Assembly (NCBI GenBank): GCA_002633005.1 | Contig: NMRA01000134.1 | Coordinates: 655,719 to 719,718 of the forward strand | Origin: Phoronis australis | Taxonomy: Eukaryota; Animalia; Phoronida | Length of the DNA: 64,000 nucleotides | Direction of reading: 5' to 3' | Part shown: positions 26,101 to 37,000 of the stretch, one piece after another | Numbering within the stretch: position 1 is the stretch's first letter | Layout of the letters: every line of letters begins with the position of its first letter | Notes under the pieces: generated by a model | What the model was told of the DNA's origin: nothing | Databases searched by the model: none | The model's input: only the letters and a program-made list of their open reading frames with translations | Program-made: the position numbers and the translations under genes

Positions 26101-28180
26101 GCAGGAATTAAACAACAATACGAATTAAGCATAATCTGCACTAAACAAAGTGCAGTTGTGTTCATTGACAATTTGTAAATGTGAAAAGAAATATTCTGCG
26201 TATAGGTGACTTTTGCATTAATGACGTGCCTGGCGGGTTCACACAGCCCACATCATCCCGTGTTGTTCCCCAGCACCACATCACAACACTTCCTGGACAC
26301 GGTTCAGTGATTTGTGGCGAATCGTTTTCATCACAAAACTTTTGGCAACTCTCAAGCTACTTCATATTCCCACCGTCGCTATATGTTGTGTTTGTAACTA
26401 ATTTGGTCAAGCAATCACAGAGTTAAGTAATTAGCCTGAAAGTTGCACTTTAATGTGTTGATGAACCCCAATTACATTGTTTTGACGAAACCCCAATTAC
26501 TGTGTTTTGATGGTAATTTTAATTTTCTAAAATCTTAATAGCGCTGTTCTGCTTAATGGTGATGCCATTTACAAATAATAAAAATGAAAATAAAGATTAA
26601 CTATGCCTCAGACCTAAACATGATGCAAGAAGTTACCAGTGGCGACAAATGGCTACTCTCATTTTGACGTAGATCCGACAATAAACATTGTCAATCAAAA
26701 CTTGATCAAGTATCATAAATTAATCTGTGGTGGTAATTAGGGGTTTTCCACCTAAGTAACCCTATGTAAAGATTTTTTTTAAAAATCTGTCTCAGGCATT
26801 TTCTTTTAATGTTTAAAGACTGTAACTGTCGTCTGACTTGAACAAAATCTGAATTATAACAATATTGCTGTTGAGTTGGCTGTCTTTGTTTACTGTTTTA
26901 CTTGTCTACAGATAAGAAATGTTTTTGTTATTTGACAGCATTGTTGTAATTTCCACAACAATAATAATATTATCCATTGAATCAGTCAAGTCTAATGACA
27001 TTGATGTTGGTTATTCTTTTCAGCTTCAAAACGTAAAACCAGTAAAGCAGACGACTTTCAAATGATACAGAACGGCATAGCTAAAGGAATAGAAGAGAGA
27101 AACCAACAACTTGCACGGACTCCAAGTGAGGAGAATCTTACCCCAGAAACGATGTTCAAGTACCAGGATTTTTCTAGAAAGGTATGCTTCTCTATTATTT
27201 TCTGAAGTATCCCAGCTGATTGCATTCAAATGCAACTTCTCAATCTGCCTCTTAAAGATGAACTGGCTTGTGGCAGCATCGTGTTCAGTGTTGAGAACCA
27301 GTGGTGCGGCTTGCAAACAAATTCCTACCGGCGTAATTGAAGTTGACATCAAGGTAATGTGGTGTATTACTGTTTCACACATTTGCAGTAATCTTAATGT
27401 ATCTTTTAAAGACATAACCAAAATACTCTAGTTTTACTACAATTATCTAGTGCAAATCAAAAATAAATCAATTTCTGGACTTACTTTATGTACATGATAA
27501 CGTAGTGTCTCCTACTCGGAGACTTCTACAGATCGTCTGAAGAAATTATGTCACAACCCACATGACAACAATCTCCCCCAATGCCGACACACCAGCACTT
27601 CAGATGATCTGTAGAAGTCTCCGAGATGGGGACGCGACGTTATCATTTTTGTAAAATATGTCCAGAAATTGGTTTATTTTTGTTTTGCATTATGCCACAA
27701 TTGATGAGTAACATATATTCAATTACACTTAATATCTAGCTACCATGAGAGAACAGCTATTGGAGGTGAGGAGGCCTGCTCATTATCAAGTGTATTTTGA
27801 TTGTTTGGTTATTGTGCTCCTCTTTACATGTTGGATAGTCAGTTTATGATATGGAATTAACAGATTCCCCTGAAGTGACTGTAACACATGGGTCCAATTT
27901 ATAAAGCCAGCTCTTACTAATCACAGATCATCTGTAATTTTCTCATCAGGGTATTCATGGAGCAGTAGTTTCTTTCTCATGTAATATTAATTCAATTCCT
28001 TTACAGTTAATTAATTGTTTATTCTTACATTTTGTATTGCAGCAACTCATTTTGCTGATTGAACAACAGAAGGAGCAACTGTCTGTGGCGAAGCAGACGG
28101 TCAGTGACATGGAGGAATACATTGATCGTCTGCTGCTGCAAGTTATGGAGAAGGAGCCAACAATACTACAACATGCGTAG
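5169..28180 (+). CDS. RAB11FIP: Class I Rab11 family-interacting protein (Rip11/RAB11FIP1/2/5-like), 10 coding exons, about 504 aa
   Basis: join(5169..5199,15332..15370,18272..18371,19384..19515,20954..21144,21398..21471,22643..22835,23224..23682,27024..27181,28043..28180) = 1515 nt. All introns are GT-AG with consistent phases. It encodes an N-terminal C2 domain (PTHVQVTVHRARGLL..GKEKFSTS..LDEFLG..WYPLRSKP..RGEV) and a C-terminal FIP-RBD (DMEEYIDRLLLQVMEKEPTIL). Confidence 0.95.
7253..7334. repeat. Perfect 41-bp tandem duplication
   Basis: attgaaactgatttcaacttgttaattatacatgtaaaatc x2. Confidence 0.95.
8019..8096. repeat. (GT/GC)n microsatellite
   Basis: Direct inspection. Confidence 0.95.
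12910..13476. mobile_element. Decayed THAP-containing DNA transposon remnant (Kolobok-like)
   Basis: The + strand gives THAP-like FCIVPAWAN..SFFQFP..RKWL..RVC. The - strand gives a Cys-rich remnant VCCHEIP*V...C..HYPDF...LN..VL. No TIRs located. Confidence 0.55.
15332..15370 (+). CDS. RAB11FIP: Rab11-FIP coding exon 2 (VHRARGLLDKGKG)
   Basis: Acceptor ttgtttcag, donor G|gtaagt, phase 1-1; C2-domain sequence. Confidence 0.9.
15674..15712 (+). CDS. RAB11FIP: Identical second copy of Rab11-FIP exon 2 (probable haplotype duplicate)
   Basis: Lies in a block of about 282 bp (15514..15795) identical to 15172..15453, starting right after the n at 15513. Confidence 0.55.
18272..18371 (+). CDS. RAB11FIP: Rab11-FIP coding exon 3 (GNDAFATVGLGKEKFSTSIKEKTVDPQWHEECD)
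   Basis: Acceptor gttttag, donor TT|gtaagt; C2 core. Confidence 0.95.
18365..18920 (+). repeat. Degenerate minisatellite (about 46 bp) containing cttgtaagtag
   Basis: Unit approximately gtatggtgctggtaacacttgtaagtaggttga; about 7 copies, interrupted by a MITE. Confidence 0.8.
18439..18682. mobile_element. Small MITE interrupting an intronic minisatellite
   Basis: Imperfect TIR agggcctgttcaaaggaaactgacttaa / ttaagtcagtttcttggactggggccct; no clear TSD. Confidence 0.6.
19384..19515 (+). CDS. RAB11FIP: Rab11-FIP coding exon 4 (EIPNMDAEIKINVYHRNLMGLDEFLGQLLMPLRDFDMYDTPKS)
   Basis: Acceptor tgtttcag, donor AC|gtaagc; HR..GLDEFLG C2 motif. Confidence 0.95.
19866..20324. mobile_element. PIF/Harbinger-type MITE
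   Basis: TIR agtcccgtttagac / gtaaacggcact with TAA on both sides (19863..19865, 20325..20327). Confidence 0.75.
20954..21144 (+). CDS. RAB11FIP: Rab11-FIP coding exon 5 (WYPLRSKPSKKGPQKNRGEVAVKVAFVVR...)
   Basis: Acceptor catttcag, donor G|gtaggt; end of the C2 domain. Confidence 0.93.
21398..21471 (+). CDS. RAB11FIP: Rab11-FIP coding exon 6 (GDKLKLPGRKGSLKSGGGSLQHLDR)
   Basis: Acceptor attgtag, donor AGG|gtaagt; phase 1-0 exactly bridges exons 5 and 7. Confidence 0.85.
21849..22052 (+). pseudogene. Truncated THAP zinc-finger remnant (TE-derived)
   Basis: MPENFHCSAVGCTN...ITFHTFP...QWLRLIKRENF has the C-x4-C, F.FP and W of THAP but lacks the final CxxHF. Confidence 0.7.
22643..22835 (+). 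CDS. RAB11FIP: Rab11-FIP coding exon 7 (DYSSLSPATPFQRRK...SSEDDE)
   Basis: Acceptor ttttcag, donor G|gtttga; differs from its second copy only at synonymous sites. Confidence 0.85.
23224..23682 (+). CDS. RAB11FIP: Rab11-FIP coding exon 8 (S/P-rich, two NPF motifs)
   Basis: Acceptor ttcttcag, donor T|gtaaga; contains NNPF and TNPF; lies within ORF 23202..23792. Confidence 0.9.
23766..23851. repeat. Perfect 40-bp inverted repeat with 6-nt loop
   Basis: cttttcacatttacaaattgtcaatgaacacaactgcact-aaacaa-reverse complement. Confidence 0.95.
25015..25207 (+). CDS. RAB11FIP: Second copy of Rab11-FIP exon 7 (probable other haplotype)
   Basis: Same peptide with 3 synonymous changes; in the block following the n at 24434. 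Confidence 0.55.
25587..26045 (+). CDS. RAB11FIP: Second copy of Rab11-FIP exon 8 (probable other haplotype)
   Basis: Same peptide with about 9 synonymous changes; same splice sites. Confidence 0.55.
27024..27181 (+). CDS. RAB11FIP: Rab11-FIP coding exon 9 (SSKRKTSKADDFQ...KYQDFSRK)
   Basis: Acceptor cttttcag, donor AAG|gtatgc; phase 1-0. Confidence 0.9.
27451..27689. repeat. Imperfect inverted repeat (arms about 90 bp) in the last Rab11-FIP intron
   Basis: tgcaaatcaaaaataaatc...cagatcgtctgaag / cttcagatgatctg...tttgttttgca, spacer about 55 nt. Confidence 0.9.
28043..28180 (+). CDS. RAB11FIP: Rab11-FIP last coding exon, Rab11-binding domain
   Basis: QLILLIEQQKEQLSVAKQTVSDMEEYIDRLLLQVMEKEPTILQHA*; YID.LL..VME..P.IL is the FIP-RBD signature. 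Confidence 0.96.
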   Translation, partial: QLILLIEQQKEQLSVAKQTVSDMEEYIDRLLLQVMEKEPTILQHA

Positions 28181-28642
28181 CCATGAAGGACGACTTGGCT
28201 GTGGTTAAGGTATACTAGTTTGTGATGAGCTTCAGGCTTACTTGCTCACTGTTCTGTTTGAAATTTCCATCACATACTTAGAATCTCACGGAGGAGTGTA
28301 TTCACATTAGATTTGTTTTTTTGTAAGTTTGGAAAGTTCTTGTCACTTACCTTTAAGATACTGCAGGTTAAAGAAAATTAGCGTGCAGATTTAAGGACAC
28401 TTTCTGACGGAGCTGTCAAATTTTGAACACCAGGTACCTAAGCAAGGTGGCCATCCATAGAAAGGGCAGGTCAGGTGTGCAGGTTTAGAGACACTTTCTG
28501 CTAAAGTGGTCATATATTGAGCAACTTGAAGCCAGCTAGGGTCTGTTTCATGAAAAGTGACATAAGACTACTCAACTATTTCAGCTGTAAAATAATTAAA
28601 TTGTACTTGAGCAAAAGTGCAAAACATCTGAGAATACACATA

Positions 28643-30184
28643 TCAGACGTCCCAAAAAGTGATCCACTTTTTGTCGACAAGTAATTTCTCAGCTACGGAT
28701 AAACTGATTTTTTTTCAAATTTCGTGCAGGTAAACCTCAGGATATTATCAATATTGTACAAAATATCAAATAGATCTGTGTCCAGTTGTGTGAGTACTGT
28801 CAAATTAAAAACATAAAGTCAAAAAATAAAATATCAAAGAGAAGGTCGCTTATTTCAGCCTGTGATCAATGTGGCCTCCATCTTCCTTCACGACTAAACG
28901 GAGCCATTTCTTCCAACCAGAAAGGCTTTTCCGTATTTCTTCCATCCAGATTTCCTCCCATGACATAATTGTCCCGTCTTTTAACTCCTGCTCAGTCAAA
29001 TTTCCTCTCATTCCCTGGTAAACTCTCTCCTTCAGAGAGTCCCATATGGCATAGTCCATTGGATTGCAGTCAGGACTGAGAGGAGGCCACTCTTCCTTTT
29101 TGATGAAGTTTGGTGTGGCCTCCTTCAGATGAGCCTTGGTTATCTTGTTCATGTGTGAAGGAGCCCCATCTTGCTGAAACATGTAATTGTTTCCAGGATA
29201 AAGTCGCCTGCAATCCAGGAGATTTTCATCTAACTGCATGTAGTGTTGACTGTTAAGTTTGGCTTGGTCAGTGTCGATAAAATGAAATTTTTTTTTCCTT
29301 CCTACAATACTTTTTTGGAAAATCTGGAATTCTCATGATAGAGTAGAGAAGGCTAAATTACTCATTTTTGGTTCCCATAAACACGATCATTTTGGTTATT
29401 TTTAGCGATTTCTAGCTTAGAGTCTTTTTCATCAGTGAAAATGACTCTTTTCACATCAGTGGATGAATAGCGGTCATGCAAGTTGTGGCATCGAGTTTTT
29501 CTTTTCCTTCTGACATTTTGATCTCTCTGTGATACCTATATTCTTTTGAAGGGTTTTTAAAACTCCAGTTTTTTCGCCATTCTTTGCACAGAAAACTTGC
29601 TCACTTGTAAATCCCTTGCGACAACTCTCAGAGATATTGATTCCACGGGTTGTCCTCCTGGGATTGCATTAGTTCCTAAACCCGATCCTCGTTTCCTTTC
29701 GAACATGCAGTGTTAGATCTCCCACTGCCACTTTTACGTGCAACAGACCTTGTGTTGCGTATTTTAGCAATAAGTCTATTTACAGTCACACGACTCCACC
29801 CTATACTGGGAACTCACTTACAATTCTTCCCCCGCTCCGCCTATTCTCCTTGAAACAGGTCTCAATTGTAAATTTATCACTTTCATCAAAGGTCAAACCA
29901 GAATATTAGACAGAACTGATTTGGATACAGATCTGACAATAATTTTTTTGACTGACAGATACAAGCACAGCATGAACACAATAAAAGTCACAGTGATATT
30001 GCGTTTTTCACCCCGTTATTTGGAATTTCACAGTACTTCCGTATTTTTTTTATTTCTCTGAGATAGTTTGTAGAATTATTGATGACACCCTGAAAATACA
30101 TTGTGAAAGTTTTGAACAGATTTGATTAGTCAATTGCTGAGAAATTACTTGTCAAAAAGTGGCTCACTTTTTTGGTACATCTCA
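28643..30184 (-). mobile_element. Tc1/mariner DD37D (maT-type) transposon, decayed
   Basis: Imperfect TIRs (tcagacgtcccaaaaagtgatccactttttg..acaagtaatttctcagc vs reverse complement of about 30135..30184) with TA on both flanks. Transposase remnants VIFTDEKD and QQDGAPSH..SPDCNPMD have 37 residues between the second and third Asp; frameshifted upstream. Confidence 0.92.
28850..29239 (-). pseudogene. C-terminal catalytic fragment of the DD37D transposase
   Basis: ORF 28850..29239: FQQDGAPSH...WPPLSPDCNPMDYAIW...DGGHI. Confidence 0.9.
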
Positions 30185-32728
30185 TATAAACATAACTAAT
30201 AGATAGTGAGAAAATTTCTAAGAATTATTTGTAGACTTCGATGCACTCATAATTACTTGGTTCAACCTTTTCTTCAGGAATTATGGTGTTGGAGTGTAAG
30301 ACCAACTTTCTGTTTTGAGTCACGTTCCTTAAATAGTCATTAAACAGACTCCCTGGTGTGAGAGCTGGTGTTGCCATCTTTGTTTTCTAAATTGTTCATG
30401 GCCTTTCCCTGTGCTGCTAAACTTACCAATAAAAGTGAGTATCTTGTTAATGCCAAATTAGCAACTGGTTGAGACTTGACTGTTTAGTGTGGCACATTGA
30501 TGTTGTTTGAATTCATCTGTGGATCTTGTTTCAGGAAATGTGTTCATGAAACTCGAGCAGTAAGGTTGATGGCAAATTTGAAGTATGCAAATGTGTATCT
30601 ACTCCCCGGAGCATGGATATCAACAGTGTTCATTCAAACCAACATTTGTTCCATGTTGCATATACAGGGTTATAGTTCATTTTGTATCACTAACAGACAT
30701 ATCAAGGCATTTCATCCCTTCTAATACTCAAGCTTAGAATCATTATTGAACTGTCTACATGTACTAAGTCTTTCCTGTTGTATCATTTGTCAGCTATTTT
30801 TCAAAATTAGCATTTTGCAACTGTATTTTACTGATCTTTGTAAGTTGTTTTGCGCATATCTATTTTACCAGTCACAATTACTCGACCATTTACGAGAAAT
30901 CTTGTACATAAGCCTCAGGAAAGTGAACTTTGAATGATTTTGTGAATTGTCCTTGAGCAGAAATGAGGGTTTCCATCAGAGGGTTGCTGAGCCGGTGTTT
31001 TGTGGAGTAGTTTTGCTGGTAACCATTTCTTTGTTTTCAACTGTTTAGAATACAGAATTTCATCAACTGAAAGCTTACTAGAATATAAGGACATTTCATA
31101 AAATACATCCTCTGTGTGTATTTTCATTTTTTTATTTACAAAAAGTGGAGATTTTGGTGTTCAGCTTCACCTGGGATTTGTATTCTGTATTTAGGTTGAA
31201 AGAGCACCATTTGGGAATGTGATTGAATTAGCCAGTGTTTAAATGTTTTCTTTCTTCAATTTTTAACTCGAAGCAAAAACATCAACTATAAGTCTGGATT
31301 CTGTAAATTGTTTTCTAGCTTGAACAAAGCTTGTTTGTACAGGGTTAAACCGAATCAAGTGATTAGGTTTCTTAAGCGTTGTTGGTATGGTTACTATTAC
31401 TGAACGCAATTTCCCAGAAACTCAGCATGTTGAAAAATGCTGTTGATGTCGTGCCAATTTTCACACTATAACGCAGCCTGTAAGAATTTGTATAACATTG
31501 TCGATGGGCCAATGATCACAGTATAACACAGCCTTTAACTGTTAATATCATGCCAATATGATCACACTTAGGCAAGGTTCGTAGAGACACCCTTGATGCT
31601 TAAAATGCAACACAGCCTCCTGTCCACATTACAAAATAGTTTACCAGTTTGATTGCTGGTTGGCCAGATTCTGTGCCGTCTTCTGCGTTAGTAGGTCAGT
31701 GTGACACGGTATTGCTGTTGCTGAGTTACGTGGTATAAGTCTTGATTGGTCAGTTTTTACTCATCAAATGAGCAGTTTATATATAATTATAGTGGTATCT
31801 GTGTGGAGATAGCCCAACATGCATACTTAAGTAACTCAAAATGTGAAACATTGGACATTGCGTTCTTGATGACCGCCTGTAGTAAATAACATCAGGGGTC
31901 TAATTATGTGAATAAATTAGCTGTTGCTTAGTTTCATTCCTGTTAACATTAACTGGTTTGTACCTGCAAGTATTGGAGGAATCCCACATAGTGCGTATAA
32001 CAGGCTTGCTAGAAATGTCACTCACTACTGTTGGATGGGTATATTACGATTGAAACGCGTTAACTTGTTACTGAATTATACATTATTGCTAAAAAGATTT
32101 ATCAGATTAGCAAATTTATACGGTTGTATGTTCTGCGATGTTCGACATGTGTTTGTGTCTGTCGGATGAATTGATCTGTAAAAGCGTTAATATATTTTCA
32201 CTGTTGACGAAGTGTTGTAACCCACAAGCAACACAGGTCTATGCAAGTTATACTAGGTTAGGTGTAGATTTAGTGGTGCGTTTTTCTTTCTAAGTTAGGT
32301 TGACTGAGGCGCATACTTTTTGTAACAAATTTTCTGTCGAGGTTTAAAGGCCTCTCCTTCATTGTCGCGTGTCTGAAACTTTGAGCTAGATTGCAGAATG
32401 CTTCACACTTACAAGGTTTTTGCTACTCTGAAAATGCATTGTGTTGGTACACTTAAACAGAAATACAATGCTACAAAATGTAATGCATGTTGCTTGAATT
32501 CAACAAAGCTGTACGGCCTTCTTCTAACCTACTTCCAAATGGTAAGCCAACATATGGAAATGTAGATACTTGTTACAAATTTGCCAGTCACGTGTACCTA
32601 GATTTGATTTGCCGCCATGAATGTCTGCCATTATCTTGAATATGTGAAGTTGTGTTTACAAGTGGAGTATGAAAGTTGAGAAATTTTGTTTAGATCTGCT
32701 TTTCAGTATGCTGTTATGGTATTTTGAA

Positions 32729-32734
32729 AATAAA
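32729..32734 (+). other. Candidate distal polyadenylation signal of Rab11-FIP
   Basis: AATAAA at the point where the T-rich + strand composition switches to A-rich; other candidates at 30428 and 31911. Confidence 0.4.
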
Positions 32735-33159
32735 GTATATATTATATATTCACTTTGAAACTCCTATCAGTCAGATTTTTTTGTCGTCTATGCATAAATC
32801 AATTAAGAAGTTTAAAATGGATTTTTTTTCGTTGCATATTGCTAACATAGTGAGAAGGGCACGAGCTGTCTACCTCAAAATCGTGGCATATGCAGTGACT
32901 GACCGTATCAACACGATTAACAAAATAATGTGCATAATTACATGACCCAGCCAAACCATTCACTTCCTAACCTCAGGTCTGGTGCCTTGCCAACTCACAC
33001 TTGGTTTCGGCAAAAGTGAAAGAATCTAACACTAGAACAAACTACACACATTAGAAGAAATTTTCGGCTATGATCAATAGTCTCTCGATTTATGACAAAT
33101 TTGATGTTATGTAAAAATAAACAGCTTTTAACTGGTTGTTACGTTCACTAAAAGTTCAC

Positions 33160-33740
33160 CTCATTTGGAACGCAATTGTTTATTGCATAACACAAATAAT
33201 AGCAACAAGACACTTCGTTACTTGACCAACAAATCAAGTCCTGAGTGAAGCAACAGGAATTATTGCACCATGAGAAATATAGATATTACGCATTCATTGC
33301 CAAAACTGTTGACAAAAGTAGAAAGATTTGACAAATAGCTAATGTTCACGTTTGGTTAAAAAAGAAATGCAAACTTAGGTTCAGGTGTCTAGATTTCAAT
33401 TTTAAATTTAAAGGGTTTGTTATAATTTTAAACCCACAGAACTTCCCAAATGATCCAAATTACTAAATATCTTCAGCAGCTGTTTCTTGCGTTTTCAACA
33501 AAGATGGTTTGTTCAGTTTAATTCACACTTGCGTCTTAGCACTGCTGAGGACATCTCCTTGACCTTCATAAAATCCTACACTTGATGATCACAAAGTCCT
33601 TCTCAACGAGTTGCCACGGTAACAAAAACTGTCTTGGAAAGTTCAAAGTAATCACAGCCGAAATCGTTCTCCAAATTTCATAGTCCATTGAACATCAGCA
33701 AACATTGGACGAAGCACGCTTGGTCTGTTACTTTGTTTCA
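33160..33740 (-). other. NUPR1: Probable terminal exon of the NUPR1-like gene (stop codon plus 3' UTR)
   Basis: Minus-strand acceptor cccttttctttactgcag followed directly by TGA (33740..33738), in phase 0 with the upstream donor; AATAAA on the minus strand at 33184..33179. Confidence 0.6.
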
Positions 33741-33930
33741 CTGCAGTAAAGAAAAGGGAGATACATCTTCCAGCAAAGTGACACAACACAGAATGAGGTG
33801 AACAATTCTCTAACAACACCTAGAGAATTCGAGACCTCAAAATTTAAGTGAAAATAGATTTTCAGTTCTCTAAAATTGGACACCAATTATTGTTGCTCTA
33901 TTGAGTACAGTGAACATTTTATTGCAAATA

Positions 33931-34008
33931 ACACACACACACACACACACACACGTGTNNNNNNNNNNNNNNNNNNNNNNNNNNNNNNNNNNNNNNNNNN
34001 NNNNNNNN

Positions 34009-34052
<44 letters not shown>
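33931..34052. repeat. (CA)n microsatellite spanning a 50-N gap (33959..34008)
   Basis: Direct inspection. Confidence 0.95.
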
Positions 34053-34053
<1 letters not shown>

Positions 34054-37000
34054 GATTCAGCTTTGTATTGGATTTAAACAACAGACTGAGTAAGAGAGAG
34101 ATTGAGTACTTCCTCCGCATTAATTCAAAAGTGAAAATACTGGGATTAATAAAATAAGTGAATAGAACTATACATTATAATATAAAAGTTGTTGCGACAC
34201 TTAAACACAATTAGATAAGAGCTTTTTACAAAGAAATCCCACTAATAATTGCCAAAGTTGACATTTGTCATTTTTGAGAGGCATCTACCATTCTTATGAA
34301 TGCCAGAAATTTCTCAAAACATCTGAATGGTAACTATAGAGTAGTAGAATGTACTGTACAATGCAGCTGAGTGAAACACAATAGTGTTCATTACATTGAA
34401 ACTGTCACATCCCGCATTCATCCCTCTTCTTTTAAAGATGTAGAAAAACACATTTTGTGATGGGATAAGGAACAGTAAAGGGCATCTCAATCAACTTCTC
34501 CATTTTTATGTCAACATTGCAAGTAATAATGCAGCAATAAAACTTTAATGACTGACAAATGACAAATATCTGTTAGTGTAAAATAGACAATAGCACCCAA
34601 GCAGAATATAAAACTTTGAAACAAGTACCCAATGAATGCACAGCATTGTGGTCGACTGCAGAATTGGGCGTGAGAGTATTCAGGAAAGTGGCTATTATGT
34701 AAATAGTTTTTGGAACCTTACTTTTTCATGATGGTTAAAAAGATTAATCTAAATGCCCTTACCGACTTAAAAGTCAGTATCGGGGATTTCCGAAGGAGCT
34801 CCCCCAAGACAAAGAAAGAGGGGTAGGGAAGGAGGGAAGGAGGGAGGGAGGGAGAAAGAGAGGCAAGGGTAAACAATGCCCAATGGGAACTCTTTTGAGA
34901 TTGTTCATGCATATCTGGAACGGGGCTCATACATGGCAAATGTGGGCAAGATGTCATTACTGGCTCATCGTTTAGACGTTAAAAATTACAACTACTCCTA
35001 AAACAGTCAAGCAGCTGACAAGGTGAACAACTTTTACAAATATTTTCGAAGGCCATGGCTGAATGATAGCACTGCAATTGCCAACACAAGAAACCTCGTG
35101 GGAATTCCTTTTAGAAATCCTCCAAGGACTCTTTCGGAGTTCAACCAGAAAAGCCTATTGATGGATGCTGACAGCACCTATTTTCCTGGTTACAGCCCTG
35201 GTATTTTGTTAGTTTGGATTTTGAATGCACAGAGACACCCATGATGTGAAGGAAAAACAGTGGCACCTAGAGAACACCTGCCCTGGTATGCTGCACAGAT
35301 GTAGGAAATGGCAACTCGGCACACTGAAATCAGCATCACATGTAGTTGGTCTTTTGAAATTAGCAAAGCAGCAACAAACTTATCAAAACTCAATGTACTG
35401 CAAGTCAGGTTGTGGTGACAGCACTGTTCAGGAATCCCAACACAAAAGGCCATTCGCATTGCAAATTTAGTACGGTGGACAAACATTCTTTCTCGACTAC
35501 AAGCATAGGCCCAATGCGAAAGGTGATATAGCCTGGTCTAAATTTAATATGGTACTAAAGTTAGTACACTTGAAAAAGACCGCAACAGCAAGCACACCAA
35601 AGTTGGCCGCTTACGTAAGTGCAATGCAAAAGCAAGGTCTGGACTAATTCACTTGACCGTCCTAAATTATCTCCCCTCCCCACTTCATGCAAGTGCGGAG
35701 TTCTTCCTGCTATTCCGCACGCTCTTGACTTTGTTGCTACTCAGTACAATTTTAAAGTTAAACATGTCTCAAAATAATAATAGAAATGGCAATTGGTTGT
35801 CAGGTCCATATTGTGATACAGCACAGCGACATCTTGTACTTAGTACGAAGATGCTTTAAATTTAAGACAGTGAAATGTAAGTCTGGTCACGTGACAAAAT
35901 TGACAATTTGGCAAGGTGAGTTATCACACTGATCTAAAGTATGTTCTAACTGCGAACTAGTGCGGACTAACTCTAATGCCAAAGCAGCTTGAATATGAAA
36001 GCAATTAAGAGATTTCTGTGTATTGTGCCATGGTTTGCAGTTCATAAACATCTAGCAAAATCCCTCAAATTGCAACACAACAAATCTGATGACAGTCTGC
36101 GATAACCTGAATGCACAATCAGCAAATTGCAGAAGAAACACAGTCACATAAGAGCCCAGTGTTACGGTAATTGCCAACCTTCCTGGTAATTTTTTCAACA
36201 AAACATTCTCTTAACTTACATCTTTGTTTTGCACTTCTAAATTATTGTGTCTTTAAATTCAAAAGTTGTCTCAAGGAATACCTAGTACCAGCTCTTTCTA
36301 AGACCAGAAGCCATTCCTAATTTGATAAGGAACCATTTGAGACTAATTTCATGATAACATGTGCATCAAGTCAGATTTAGTGACAAACGGTGGGTTTACA
36401 GTTGCCTTAAAGTAAAAAATTATAATTTTCACAAAAATGGTGACCACGTGATAAAAGATGATTGTTTGATGTTGTAGAATATGAATTAAGATTTTTCCAC
36501 AATGAGATGAAAAGAATTCTTTGTTGACACCCAAATTGGAAGAGATTGGGCAACTCAATGAGTTTGCGCACCTTATGACCTGCCAGTTTAGATCAAAGAC
36601 ACCATGCTGTTGTTGTTAATTAAATTTCCCCAGGCTGTTATCATTCTCTAGATAATCAGACCCATCATAAACACACTGGGGGCAACAACAGTATTTTTAA
36701 ATTTTTGTTTTGAAAGTTTGTAAATAGCATATTTGAGTAGTTCGTGAAAAGCACACATGATTGGATTTTATATAAATTTTGAAAATTGGACAAGAAATGT
36801 GACTTTTACAACCTAAAATAACATGTTTCTCGTTAATTCTGCTGGGTGTGCAACATAATTACCAAACCACCAGAGAGCAGTTGGATTTTGAGGTACCGGT
36901 AAGCCAAGTGTCATTACACAATTCTTGGCATGGAAGCTCCCAAATTATTACATGAACATACATTTACGTATACATAAGTTTGCGTATAAAATTGACAGTT

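Larger units (their letters stand above)
22075..26756. repeat. Tandem near-identical blocks of about 2.3 kb (22075..24433, 24435..26756) joined by a single n
   Basis: Colinear over the full length with scattered SNPs and small indels. Confidence 0.95.
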
